The position numbers and the translations under genes are program-made. A stretch of 64,000 nt of DNA, taken from NCBI GenBank assembly GCA_050015395.1, contig JBEKBM010000002.1:76719-140718 (forward strand), given 5' to 3'. The DNA is from Candidatus Bathyarchaeia archaeon. Lineage in GTDB: Archaea; Thermoproteota; Bathyarchaeia; Bathyarchaeales; Bathycorpusculaceae. Below the pieces are notes generated by a model. It searched no databases. It was not told where the DNA came from and saw only the letters and a program-made list of their open reading frames with translations. This document shows positions 39,800-52,789 of this stretch, piece after piece (position 1 is the first letter of the stretch; the number at the start of each line of letters is the position of its first letter).

Positions 39800-41077
39800 T
39801 TATTTTTTCATTAGCTCCATAAGTTTTGGCATTAATTCGCAACCACGATTTAAAGTGCCTAAGCTTCCTTTCGCGCATTCTTTCTCCGAGAACTTTACTG
39901 CTTTGCCGCCGTCTAATTTGTCTCCTGAAATTAATACGGGAACTGGCGTATCGCTGTGCACTTTTAATGAGCAAGGCGTCGCATGGTCAGCCGTTATGCA
40001 GATAAGGTTGTCTTTTAGAGAAATCTGCTTCAGCAATGGCCCGAAGAAGTACTTGTCGATGGCTGAGATAATCTGCATTTTTAAGATGCAGTTGCCGTCG
40101 TGTCCTGGTTCGTCTGGGCCTTTAAGGTGAATGTAGAAACAATCATGCTTGGGCAGCACATCCAGCAGGGCTTTGACTCTTAATTCGCAGTCTTTTTGGA
40201 GGTTGCCTGAAGGCGGCGGCAAAAGCGTGGAGTCCATGCCTGCCAACTGTGCGATGCCCCGTTCACCATGCATATCTGCCAAGGCTGCGAAGTTCACGTG
40301 GTAATGCTTGTTTATGTTGTAGAATTTTGGAAGGAGGTGTCCTGCATCTCGGGTTAAGACAAGGTTTGCCTTAAGCTTGCCCTCAGCCGCACGTTTTATG
40401 TTTATGGGGTGATTTTCCCACAGTTTGTGGGTTTTATCGATGAACTCATTTACTAGTGTCGCGGAGACTTTTGCTTCCTGTGTGTTGTCGGTTGGTTCGC
40501 AGGTTTTTAGCACCATTTCAACGTTAGTCTGTGCCACGCCGATGCCGTTAACTATTGTGTAGGCTGGGTCACTGTTTGTTATGTTGCTTGAAAGAGGCTT
40601 CCCATTGCTCTTTATTAATAGGACTGCCCTGTGCCCCATTGTGTTTTTGAACTCAAATGTGGCAGGGTAAGATTCCAGCTTTACTTGTTCGTTAGCTGCC
40701 TTGCTCAGCTCAGTGGCTTCATCGGTGGTTAAAGTTCTTGCCACTCGGCGGTCAATTATGGTTTTTCCTTGGCCTAAAGTTGCAAAGTTGCATCTTAACG
40801 CTAAATCGCCATCCTTCATTTCTAAGCCTGCACCAGCGGCTTCGATAACGCCTCTGCCAGTGCTGTACTTGAAAGGGTCATAACCTAAAAGTGAAATAAC
40901 AGCCACATCGCTCTCGGGTGCAACACCTTTCTTTACCGAGTACATCAGACCAGTTTTTCCGTTTCTGGCGAGAGCATCCATATTTGGAGTTTCAGCTGCT
41001 TCCAGGGGTGTTTTGTTGCCTAAAGCTTTGATTGGTAAATCTCCCATGCCGTCTATTGCAACGTAAATTAACTTCAA
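39800..41077 (-). CDS. apgM: 2,3-bisphosphoglycerate-independent phosphoglycerate mutase (archaeal)
   Basis: IDGMGD, TPLEAA.TPNMD, PESD, KGPDEPGHDG and TADHATP motifs. Confidence 0.92.
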   Translation of the reverse strand: MKLIYVAIDGMGDLPIKALGNKTPLEAAETPNMDALARNGKTGLMYSVKKGVAPESDVAVISLLGYDPFKYSTGRGVIEAAGAGLEMKDGDLALRCNFATLGQGKTIIDRRVARTLTTDEATELSKAANEQVKLESYPATFEFKNTMGHRAVLLIKSNGKPLSSNITNSDPAYTIVNGIGVAQTNVEMVLKTCEPTDNTQEAKVSATLVNEFIDKTHKLWENHPINIKRAAEGKLKANLVLTRDAGHLLPKFYNINKHYHVNFAALADMHGERGIAQLAGMDSTLLPPPSGNLQKDCELRVKALLDVLPKHDCFYIHLKGPDEPGHDGNCILKMQIISAIDKYFFGPLLKQISLKDNLICITADHATPCSLKVHSDTPVPVLISGDKLDGGKAVKFSEKECAKGSLGTLNRGCELMPKLMELMKK

Positions 41078-41774
41078 ACTGGTTTTTCCTCCTTTAAGGG
41101 TGAGATAGCTCGGTTGTTTAAGCTTTATTATTTTTTTGATTGCTAACCTGTTTTTTCAAAGAAAGAAATCGTCTAATCTCGTCTTAAGTAGCTTGCGGGG
41201 TTCCTGCATTTAGCAATGAGAACTGCTTATCTTTAGGAACTCAAGCAGGGCATCTCAAGAAATTGACTTGTAAACTTAATTTAAAACAGACGGATAAGGT
41301 TTTCTAGAAATACAAAGAAAAATGGAAATAACGAAAGTTGATTGGAAATATTTTCGGAAATTTTAATATGTTAGATTAAAGCTATGAGACCCAAACTCAG
41401 AGGACCCCCATCTGAGGAAATCCTGAGGCAGCTGAGGAACAAACGAATTGTTTAAACTCTATCTTGATAAAGTGTAATTCTGAAACGCTACATAACTGAA
41501 CCAGGAACGCCCCGCCAAGTTTTCTTCTTCAAAACCAGTATTATGCAAGCAGTCTAACAGGATTCCAAGAACAACACCAGTTGAAAACAAAGCGCTGTTG
41601 TTCTTCTAACAACTAAAAATACTATTGCTTGTTCCGCTCGGTCCCAACCATAACTGTGCTGTATCCCTTCTCACTTAACCGCTCTAAAGCCAAGAGCAAA
41701 GCACCCGAATCATCATCTACTGAAGACATCACAGTTATCACCGCAGGACGCCGCCTCTCTTCTTCATTTTTTGT

Positions 41775-43367
41775 CTAACTTTTCGGCTGGGTGTTAAAGA
41801 TAGCCATTAGTTTTTCTATCAGAGTTAGGAAGGTGTTTACTAGTTTGCCTAGTGGTCCCAAGCTGCTGGTCATTTCTCGCAGGTTAAATATGTCGCTTCT
41901 GCTGAGGGTTCTTGTCAGAACTGTCATCACTATGAAGGACGTCAGGAAGATTGCTACGCCGATTATTAGCTGGATGAGACTTGCAAGGGGTAATTTAACT
42001 ACGAAGTAGGAGAGGAGGGCGGCTACAGCGGAAGAGAGGATGATTTTTCCTGACGCAACCCAATTGATAGTGGTGTTGTAACGCTTTTTTACAAAGATTA
42101 AACCAATAATGATGCTTGGAACACCATCGAAGATTAAGGTGATGAGCATGCCTAGTACGCCGTATCTTGAAATCGTTATTAGCCCCAACGGTACGCCCAT
42201 GGCTACGGTAACTAAAGCAAGTGTTAGCTTGATGGAGGCTTGCTCTTGGCTGTTGATTAAATTGTTTGTGCTGTACATGCCAAAGGCCAAGAATACGTAG
42301 TTGATGACCAGCAGTGAAAGGTCAAATGGTGCTTGAGAATAACTGTGCCCAAATATAGTTGAAACGCCGGGTCCTGCAAGCGCCATCATCATTGCTATGA
42401 CAGGCATAACCAGCAGAGTCGAATATTTTACTGAGGATTGATAGACATTTTCAAGCGTTGTTTGCTCCGTTTCACCGTTAAGTTTAGAGAACGCTGGAAA
42501 CAGCATAGTATTAATCGGCGTGGCAACAAACGTTATTAAAACAAGAAAGTTTGAGGCCAAATTGTAATTACCGATAAGAGCATTATTAGCAACATAAATA
42601 GCCAACAGAAAAGAGTAAAACTGAGTAAGAAAACCCCCAATAATATCGCCAAACGATAAAGGCAACCCAAATCTAAGAAGCACTTTCACGTTGTTTAAGA
42701 GATCTAGTTTGTTAGAGACTAAACCAGGCAAGCTTCTGTAGATTGTCCACACAAGAAAGATTCCTATTACTGCAGTGATTAGATAGGCAACTGTGTACCC
42801 CATGACAGCGCCATACAGGCTTAAACCAACCAAAACCAGTGCAGGCGCTAGGACCGTTTTGATGATTGATAGGCTTACAACCATAACGCTGTTGAGATGC
42901 ATTTTCTCCACGCCAGTGAAGGCGGCAGTTGCAGTGTTTACAAGAGCTTGCCCCAAAATAATGAAGGAAACCGCTTGAATTAGTGGAGCAATAAAGGGAC
43001 GCTGAAAAACATTTGTAGCCAAATATGGCGAAAGCAAAAGACAGAAAAGCGAAAGCGCCAAGCCTAACAACGTTTTGAAGATAAACCCAGACAGAAAGAC
43101 GCTTCTTATTTGTGCAGCCTTGTTTTCAGTGTTGAGCCGTGCGGAGTAACGAGTAACCGCGTAATTTACTCCTAAATCCTGAAATAACCCGATGAGCGTT
43201 GGCGCCGTTAAAACCACAGCGTAGAGGCCATAATTGTTTTCTCCCAACAACAAAGCAAGGATGATTGAGCCGACTGCGGAAATGATTGTGGAAGCTAACA
43301 GCCCCCACATAACATGAAAACCGCCCCTGACAGAAGCCTTAGCCATATCAGCAGCTTTACTCATCAA
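41775..43367 (-). CDS. Oligosaccharide flippase
   Basis: Multi-TM, DLGVNYA and MLFPAFSKL motifs; paralog of 12007-13683. Confidence 0.85.
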   Translation of the reverse strand: MMSKAADMAKASVRGGFHVMWGLLASTIISAVGSIILALLLGENNYGLYAVVLTAPTLIGLFQDLGVNYAVTRYSARLNTENKAAQIRSVFLSGFIFKTLLGLALSLFCLLLSPYLATNVFQRPFIAPLIQAVSFIILGQALVNTATAAFTGVEKMHLNSVMVVSLSIIKTVLAPALVLVGLSLYGAVMGYTVAYLITAVIGIFLVWTIYRSLPGLVSNKLDLLNNVKVLLRFGLPLSFGDIIGGFLTQFYSFLLAIYVANNALIGNYNLASNFLVLITFVATPINTMLFPAFSKLNGETEQTTLENVYQSSVKYSTLLVMPVIAMMMALAGPGVSTIFGHSYSQAPFDLSLLVINYVFLAFGMYSTNNLINSQEQASIKLTLALVTVAMGVPLGLITISRYGVLGMLITLIFDGVPSIIIGLIFVKKRYNTTINWVASGKIILSSAVAALLSYFVVKLPLASLIQLIIGVAIFLTSFIVMTVLTRTLSRSDIFNLREMTSSLGPLGKLVNTFLTLIEKLMAIFNTQPKS

Positions 43368-43617
43368 ATCATCCTAACGCTAAAATAACTTTAAGACCAC
43401 AAAAACCAGCCACTTATCAGTTTTGGTTAAAATAATCAAAAACAACCATAAGCAGCCCCACCCTTTTCACGCAACTGCTCCAAAGCCAACAATAAAGCGT
43501 CAGAACCACAACCCATTGGAGTGATCTTGTCAAAACCGCAGCTTCTTGAGCTGATACCAGCGCTATACGAAAACTTTACTTCCATAACCACACTAACTAA
43601 CCTGCAGGTGTAACATA

Positions 43618-43830
43618 GTGCCTGAAACAATAATTGAAGCACCGCAGATAACAGTTGAAGAATACGAAAAGTACAGAGGAAAAAACGTAGCAATATACAA
43701 AAACAAAATAATAGGTGACAACAAAACCTCAAGCGAAGCACTAAACAAAGCTTTGAAGAAATGTCCAGAGCTTAAGCCTGAACAAATAGTAATCGACTAC
43801 ATTCAACTAGCGGACGTACTCGTACTTTGA
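43618..43830 (+). CDS. DUF5678-like small protein
   Basis: YEKYRGKNVAI..NKII....EA...A pattern; upstream of an aspartyl protease. Confidence 0.7.
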   Translation: MPETIIEAPQITVEEYEKYRGKNVAIYKNKIIGDNKTSSEALNKALKKCPELKPEQIVIDYIQLADVLVL

Positions 43831-44159
43831 CACGGTACGTATTCAAATACGCACCTGAACCTATCGGGTCAGGAATAATCAACCGACCAAAAGCTACAGT
43901 TCTTCTTTGCTCAACAAGAAAAGAATGGTATGCCTTCCGTGTCTACATAGACAGCGGAGCAGACATGTCATTATTCACAAGAAACGATGCGGAACTCTTA
44001 GGGCTCAACCTCTACCAAGGCGAATACCGACCAATAATCGGAATAGGAAAAACACTCATCCCAGCCTATACACATACAATCAAAATGAAAATAGGCGACA
44101 CAGCCATAGATGTCAAATCAGCAACAATAATCCCACTTGCCAGTCCAGAAACTCCTTAA
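43827..44159 (+). CDS. Retropepsin-like aspartyl protease, probably C-terminally truncated
   Basis: IDSGAD catalytic motif and AELLGL; the closing (I/L)LGR motif is missing. Confidence 0.65.
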   Translation: MTRYVFKYAPEPIGSGIINRPKATVLLCSTRKEWYAFRVYIDSGADMSLFTRNDAELLGLNLYQGEYRPIIGIGKTLIPAYTHTIKMKIGDTAIDVKSATIIPLASPETP

Positions 44160-44467
44160 CAATCAACTGCCCAAGCATGTAGGAGTGTTTCCAATCCAAA
44201 CCCCTCAACCTATCACCAAACTGATAGGGCGGCTACCGTGAAACTCAACTCCGCGCTTAGCCGTTCTTGGCGATGACCATGGAATAGCGACTGCCGTGCC
44301 AGCGCCAGGCGAAGGCTGCTCAAGATCTTGTCATGTTAAAACTTAACCCAAAACACAGTAAATCCGCAAGAGAGCTGCAAGGTGTCTAAAAAAGGTGTCT
44401 AAAAAAAACGGCTTAACGATTCTGGATGAAGCTTTGTGCCCAAGAACCTGCCTACGTATGCTCTTCA

Positions 44468-44545
44468 GTGTATCTGCAAAGTGTATCTACAAAACGTATT
44501 GACATTTACCCTCCCGGTAGGTACCTGTGCGCACACACATTAAAG
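44468..44545 (+). repeat. Dispersed ~80-bp repeat, copy A
   Basis: GTGTATC..CAAA.TGTATC.ACAAAACGTAT...CCCGGTAGGTA..TGTGCGCACACAC; inverted homolog at 54670-54751. Confidence 0.8.
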
Positions 44546-44749
44546 CTAACCCACTTGCGAATCCACTGAAGTTAAGTAAATAAAAACTAAAGTTTGATGC
44601 TAATGACGGAGTTACCATTATGAGTATGTCAAAAGCCCAAAAAAGTTCACGTTAACGAAAAAGAAGCATGATATTTTGGTCAGCTCCCATGATAGCCAAA
44701 AAAACTAACATATACTTATACTCCAAAAAATTAAGAAGCTTTTTTCTTT

Positions 44750-45427
44750 TTAGATTCGAAGCAAAACATTTTCTGTGTACCTGCGTATTATTTCCGCGAA
44801 GTTATTGATTGTTTCTGGCGTGTAAGGCTTGAGAGCTTGGAATCTCTTATCCAGCGTATCCTGCGGGATAAATTGTTGGAGTGCATGGTTTTTTGAGCCT
44901 TTTACCAGTTCGCCAATGCACGTGGCATCTTGGGCAGTGACTATTTCTGGCACCACGGTTGTCCTGAACTCGTAGGGCACCTTGCCTGTCTTTAGGATTT
45001 CCATGGTTCGTATAAGCCCAGATGTGTCTTCAGCGCCGAGCAACTTGTATTTTTCTCTGCAGGTTTTTACGTCCATAGCTACGTAATCTACGCTGCCAAG
45101 GCATTCCTCGAGCACTTCTGGATAGAAACCGTTCGTGTCCAATTTAACCATGAAGCCCCGATCCTTAAGTTTAGCGAGGAATTTCGGCAACTCCTTGTGC
45201 ATGCATGGTTCTCCGCCAGTTACCACAACAGCGTCAATGTATTTTTTGCGGCTTTCCAAGATTTCTAATGCAGCGGCTTCCTGCAGAAACGGCGGCTGCG
45301 GATCTACAGCTATGCGCCAGTTATGGCAGAACGGGCAACGCAGGTTGCAGCCTGGAGTGAACAGCACGCTGGCTACTTTATCGGGGTAGTCGAGAAGGCT
45401 TGTTTTTTGTATTCCACTAAACTTCAT
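44750..45427 (-). CDS. nrdG: Anaerobic ribonucleotide reductase activating radical SAM enzyme
   Basis: MKFSGIQKTSLLDYP start, CNLRCPFCHN, TGGEP; directly downstream of nrdD. Confidence 0.92.
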   Translation of the reverse strand: MKFSGIQKTSLLDYPDKVASVLFTPGCNLRCPFCHNWRIAVDPQPPFLQEAAALEILESRKKYIDAVVVTGGEPCMHKELPKFLAKLKDRGFMVKLDTNGFYPEVLEECLGSVDYVAMDVKTCREKYKLLGAEDTSGLIRTMEILKTGKVPYEFRTTVVPEIVTAQDATCIGELVKGSKNHALQQFIPQDTLDKRFQALKPYTPETINNFAEIIRRYTENVLLRI

Positions 45428-45441
45428 TTTTACATTTCCTC

Positions 45442-47568
45442 TTAAGCTGTTAAGGGTGCTGAAGTCACTATGGTTGATCGGTCGAAGGTTTTGCGTATGG
45501 CGAATTCTGCTTGTTTTCCGTCGTTCCATTGGTCAACTGGCCGTAGGTAGCCGACTACTCGTGAGTAGACTTCGCAGTTTGCTCCGCAGGTTGGGCAAAG
45601 TTTGTGTTCGCCGTTTGTGTAGCCGTGGGTTGGGCAAACACTGAAAGTCGGCGTTAGCGTGAAGTAGGGCAGCTTTGAGTTCCAAGCTACTTTTTTGATT
45701 AATTCGGCAGCAGATTTCCAAGAGTTAAGCCTCTCACCAAGGAAAATGTGAAACACGGTACCTCCAGTGTAGAGCGTCTGCAAAGTTTCCTGATGCTCCA
45801 GCGCTTCGAAGAGGTCGCCTGCAAAGTCAACAGGTAGCTGGGAAGAATTTGTGTAGAATGGTTCTGCATGGTCTGCGATTACTTGTTTTTGGTTAGCGAA
45901 TATAATGTCTTTGTATCGGCGTTTGTCTATGCGGGCAAGCCTGTAAGATGTGCCTTCAGCAGGGGTTGCTTCGAGATTGTAGATGTTGCCTGTTTCCTCT
46001 TGATAATCTGCTAAATGGTTCCGCATGAAAGTTAACATTTTAACGGCGAAAGCTTGTCCATCGCGCGACGCAATATTTTGCCCTAGCAAGTTTATGATTG
46101 CTTCATTCATGCCCACTATGCCTATTGTGGAAAAGTGGTTCTTCCAATACTTGCCATAGCCTTCTTTCACATGATGCAGGTAACGCCTTGAATACGGGTA
46201 TAAACCGTTATCTGTAAACGCTTCAAGCACTTTACGCTTAATTTCCAAACTTGATTTTGCAACTTCCATCAGGTTTTCTAAACGCTTAAAGAATTCGTCC
46301 TCATCCTTGGATAAGTAGCCGATTCTTGGAATGTTCAAGGTAACAACGCCTATGCTGCCTGTTAATGGGTTGGCGCCGAAGAATCCGCCGCCCCGCTTGC
46401 GTAACTCGCGGTTGTCTATTCTTAGGCGGCAGCACATACTGCGCACATCTTCAGGTTTCATGTCACTGTTAACAAAGTTCGAGAAGTACGGCACACCATA
46501 CTTGGCAGTTACCTCGAAGAGGGCTTGGGCTACAGGTGAATCCCAATTGAAATCTTTAGTTATATTGTACGTGGGAATCGGGAAAGTGAAAACTCTGCCT
46601 TTCGAATCGCCTTGCCGCATGACTTCTGCGAAGGCTAAATTGAACATTTCCATTTCCTTAGTCATGTCGCCGTATGTATCTTGGGTTACCTTTCCATTGA
46701 AAAGAACCGCCTCGTTCTTCATGAAGTCGGGCACAGTCAAATCTAGGGTTAAATTGGTAAAGGGTGTCTGGAAACCCACACGGGTCGGCACGTTCATGTT
46801 GAAGAAGAATTCCTGAAGCGCCTGTTCAACATCCCTCTGTGTCAGTTTATCGTATCGTATGAATGGAGCAAGGTAAGTGTCAAAGTTGCTAAACGCCTGT
46901 GCTCCTGCTGCTTCACCCTGCAACGTATAGAAAAAGTTCACAACCTGACCCAACGCTGTGCGAAAATGTTTTGCTGGTTTGCTCTCAATTTTACCTGGTA
47001 CACCGCCGAATCCTGAAAGCAGTAGCTCGCTTACGTCCCAGCCGACACAGTATGCTCCTAGTACGCCTAAATCGTGAATATGCATGTCGCCTGAAAAGTG
47101 TGCGTCAGCAATATTTTGGGGGTAAATCCTTGATATCCAGTACTTAGCTATTACAGTGGATGATAGATAATTGTTCAATCCCTGCAGGGAATAGCTCATG
47201 TTGCTGTTTTCTTTAACCCGCCAGTCCTCAACCTCAAGGTACTGGTCCACCATGTCTGAGGAGCTCAACAATGCTGCTAACTCACGCATGTCAGTATGCT
47301 GTTTTCTATAGAGAATGTACGCTTTCGCCGTCTGTGCATGGCCATTTTCAATCAAGCGTTTTTCAACGACATCTTGGATTTCCTCAACCGTGGGCACTCC
47401 GTCATCGCCGTAAGTTTTTTGCAGTTCAGCCACTACTTCGTCGCTTAAGCGTTTCGCTAGCTCTTTGTCTGTTCCGCCTACTGCTTTAGCGGCTTTCCAA
47501 ATGGCGTTTGTTATACGTTCTTGGTCGAAGGATTCTAATTTACTATCACGTTTTAATACAAACTTCAT
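45442..47568 (-). CDS. nrdD: Class III (anaerobic) ribonucleoside-triphosphate reductase
   Basis: N-terminal ATP-cone, RSMCCRL, EATPAEG, and YSRVVGYLRP glycyl-radical motif. Confidence 0.96.
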   Translation of the reverse strand: MKFVLKRDSKLESFDQERITNAIWKAAKAVGGTDKELAKRLSDEVVAELQKTYGDDGVPTVEEIQDVVEKRLIENGHAQTAKAYILYRKQHTDMRELAALLSSSDMVDQYLEVEDWRVKENSNMSYSLQGLNNYLSSTVIAKYWISRIYPQNIADAHFSGDMHIHDLGVLGAYCVGWDVSELLLSGFGGVPGKIESKPAKHFRTALGQVVNFFYTLQGEAAGAQAFSNFDTYLAPFIRYDKLTQRDVEQALQEFFFNMNVPTRVGFQTPFTNLTLDLTVPDFMKNEAVLFNGKVTQDTYGDMTKEMEMFNLAFAEVMRQGDSKGRVFTFPIPTYNITKDFNWDSPVAQALFEVTAKYGVPYFSNFVNSDMKPEDVRSMCCRLRIDNRELRKRGGGFFGANPLTGSIGVVTLNIPRIGYLSKDEDEFFKRLENLMEVAKSSLEIKRKVLEAFTDNGLYPYSRRYLHHVKEGYGKYWKNHFSTIGIVGMNEAIINLLGQNIASRDGQAFAVKMLTFMRNHLADYQEETGNIYNLEATPAEGTSYRLARIDKRRYKDIIFANQKQVIADHAEPFYTNSSQLPVDFAGDLFEALEHQETLQTLYTGGTVFHIFLGERLNSWKSAAELIKKVAWNSKLPYFTLTPTFSVCPTHGYTNGEHKLCPTCGANCEVYSRVVGYLRPVDQWNDGKQAEFAIRKTFDRSTIVTSAPLTA

Positions 47569-48011
47569 TTTTTCACCTCAAGGAGTAACCGCCTGAAGTC
47601 CTCAGGCTCTTCAAACTTCTTGTAAACTGAAGCAAACCGAATGTACGCTATGCGGTCGACGTTTTTTAGGTGCTTCATGACCAAATCCCCGATTTCTTGG
47701 GATGAGACTTCTTCAGTGCCTTTAAGCATAACGTCCTGCCGCACTTGATCTGCTAACTCGTTGATTTGAGTCATGGTTACAGGCCTTTTCTCGCATGCCT
47801 TCTGCAAACCACGGATTATCTTGTTAACGTCGAAGCGTTCAAGCCTGCCATCCTTTTTTCTCACCATAAGCTCTACGGTTTCCACATACTCGTAGGTCGT
47901 GAAGCGTCTTCCGCAACTGCTGCATTCTCTGCGCCTGCGCGTAGTATTCTCTGGAGAATCGCGCGTTTCCAAGGTTTTGGAATTTTCAGAGTTGCAGTAG
48001 GGACATCTCAT
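47565..48011 (-). CDS. nrdR: Transcriptional repressor NrdR
   Basis: MRCPYC, RRRRECSSCGRRFTTYE zinc ribbon, ATP-cone, AYIRFASVY. Confidence 0.95.
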   Translation of the reverse strand: MRCPYCNSENSKTLETRDSPENTTRRRRECSSCGRRFTTYEYVETVELMVRKKDGRLERFDVNKIIRGLQKACEKRPVTMTQINELADQVRQDVMLKGTEEVSSQEIGDLVMKHLKNVDRIAYIRFASVYKKFEEPEDFRRLLLEVKK

Positions 48012-48032
48012 AGGTTAACATACTCATGCTTT

Positions 48033-48080
48033 GTTATATGTGTAGTGTCAACAAGCCATTCTATACACTACATTTAGCGC
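48033..48080. promoter_or_regulatory. Tandem NrdR boxes
   Basis: GTTATATGTGTAGTGT (48033) and ACACTACATTTAGCGC (48065) resemble acaCwAtATaTwGtgt, 32 bp apart; minus-strand TATA box at about 48081-48089. Confidence 0.7.
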
Positions 48081-48497
48081 ATATATAAGTTGTTTCCACA
48101 TTAAATTGGAAATATAGCCTATAAAGACAACAATAGTTCCATAGAAAATAAACAAAAAAGGCAAAATAAAATAATCCAGAAAAGCCTTTTTTCCCCAAAA
48201 AAACCCATTTTAGCGTAAATACTAGTTTGGATTAAGGCTTGCGCAAAAATATAATTAAAATAAGACGCTCATCCCTGTTTATTTCTAGTCCAGCTTGGCT
48301 AACTCCAAAAAAATAAGGTGCAAAATATGCGGGGGCCAAATGCTACTGTTCCGACGAAGCCGAAATAAAGCCTAAAGCACTTTTTTTCATGGACATATAT
48401 CGATTGTGGAAATAGCGATTTATAAGCAGTAAATTGATACTTAAGGAATTGAGAAAGGAGAGACTTCTTACGCCTCTTTTATGAGACAACTACTTTT

Positions 48498-51378
<2,881 letters not shown>

Positions 51379-51419
51379 TTTTGCTTTACCTTTGAATAAT
51401 TTTATACAGAGTGGACGGT

Positions 51420-51557
51420 TTACCCGCCGCCTGCTGCTTTATCAGTGCCTATACAGCAAGTGCATTTTACGGTTTCTCCGCAGTATGGGCATACGCAATT
51501 ACAATCATCGATAAAATTTCCACAGTTCATGCAACGAGGCTTATTTTTTTCTGTCAC
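51420..51557 (-). CDS. 45-aa Cys-rich microprotein ending in GGG (absent from ORF track)
   Basis: MTEKNKPRCMNCGNFIDDCNCVCPYCGETVKCTCCIGTDKAAGGG*; lies between the co-oriented ferritin and korA genes. Confidence 0.7.
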   Translation of the reverse strand: MTEKNKPRCMNCGNFIDDCNCVCPYCGETVKCTCCIGTDKAAGGG

Positions 51558-51663
51558 TCACTTCGCCTCTGCCATATTTATTGTTGCAGAACCATCGGAA
51601 TTAAGTTTTCGGAAAAATATCCGCCTTGAAATTTCGATTTAAAAGGAAAGAGTGGATTTTGTT

Positions 51664-52644
51664 TTATCTTACGAAGTCGTCGAATGTCCAGAAGTGACCT
51701 TCTTCTTGAATTATTATGTCTTCGAACATGCGTCTTGTTGTTGTGTCGCCGCGTTTGAGTGTTTCAGCGATAATTTGTCGGTACAGGAATATTGCGCTAC
51801 TTTCCAATGCATGATCCAATTTTAGGAAATCCATAGCTGTGTCGCCGACAACTGGTAGTGGATCTGGCTTGTATGTTGCTTCGCCTTCAAGCAAGTAAAT
51901 GCGTTCGCTGATTTTTTCTAGATGATCCATTTCTTGCATGAAGATTTCCTTCAGTATCTTGCTTACTACGCCGGCTTTGTTGGTTTCAGTGATAGTTTCC
52001 AATGGTGTGTTTTTCATTCGGAGTTCAAGAAAAGCTGCTTTCTCATGCTGATTCGTATACTGGATGATCCCGGTGATTTCTGCTGCGACAGCTTTGTTTA
52101 AGAGTGTAAAGTAATCGTCTGTGTATATTTTGCGCCATTCGGGCAGTGGCACTTTGCTTGGTTCTTCTTTTTCGTCTTGGAACTTGGTGTATTCTTGGAG
52201 TTTGAATAAGTGCCCTTCTTCTTCGCCGTAGATTTTCTCGAAGAGTTCACGTGTTTCCCAATCGCCCATTTTTCCAGCGGTCTTGATGATTTGGCGGTAA
52301 AGCGTTAATGCTTCTTCTTCAGCTTTTACGCCTAGTTTAGCAAATTCGCTTATGCTGTCGCCAATGTTAGGTTTGCCTGATTTAGTTGTTGCTTGTCCAC
52401 CAAGATAGTAAATGCGCTCCATTATGCTTGCGGCATGTTTCATTTCTTGGATGGCAATTTCTCTTAGGAACTTTCCAACGGCGTCATAAGTGGTTTTGTC
52501 CAGAAGAATGTTTTCAGGGATGGTTCTACGCACAAGCTTTTCCATTTTTGCATGTTGAAGTATATACTGGATTGCAACAGCAATTTCACGTTCAACTGCT
52601 CTGTTTAATAAGTCTATATAGTCGGGGGTTGTTTTAACAGCCAT
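51664..52644 (-). CDS. Tandem two-domain bacterioferritin-like protein
   Basis: Two repeats: LLN.AV..EI....QY..QH / QEMKHA versus QEMDHL / ERIY.L.G / EEGH. Confidence 0.85.
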   Translation of the reverse strand: MAVKTTPDYIDLLNRAVEREIAVAIQYILQHAKMEKLVRRTIPENILLDKTTYDAVGKFLREIAIQEMKHAASIMERIYYLGGQATTKSGKPNIGDSISEFAKLGVKAEEEALTLYRQIIKTAGKMGDWETRELFEKIYGEEEGHLFKLQEYTKFQDEKEEPSKVPLPEWRKIYTDDYFTLLNKAVAAEITGIIQYTNQHEKAAFLELRMKNTPLETITETNKAGVVSKILKEIFMQEMDHLEKISERIYLLEGEATYKPDPLPVVGDTAMDFLKLDHALESSAIFLYRQIIAETLKRGDTTTRRMFEDIIIQEEGHFWTFDDFVR

Positions 52645-52789
52645 AAATAATCACAACTTCTACTCAGAAAGAAACAATCCACTTAGATATAAGATTTTTT
52701 ATGAAAACAAATTCAGGGAAAAAATATTGGAATCAAAATAGGCTTATCAGCAAAATGATGCCTGCACTTGATTAGGTGACTTATTGCAA

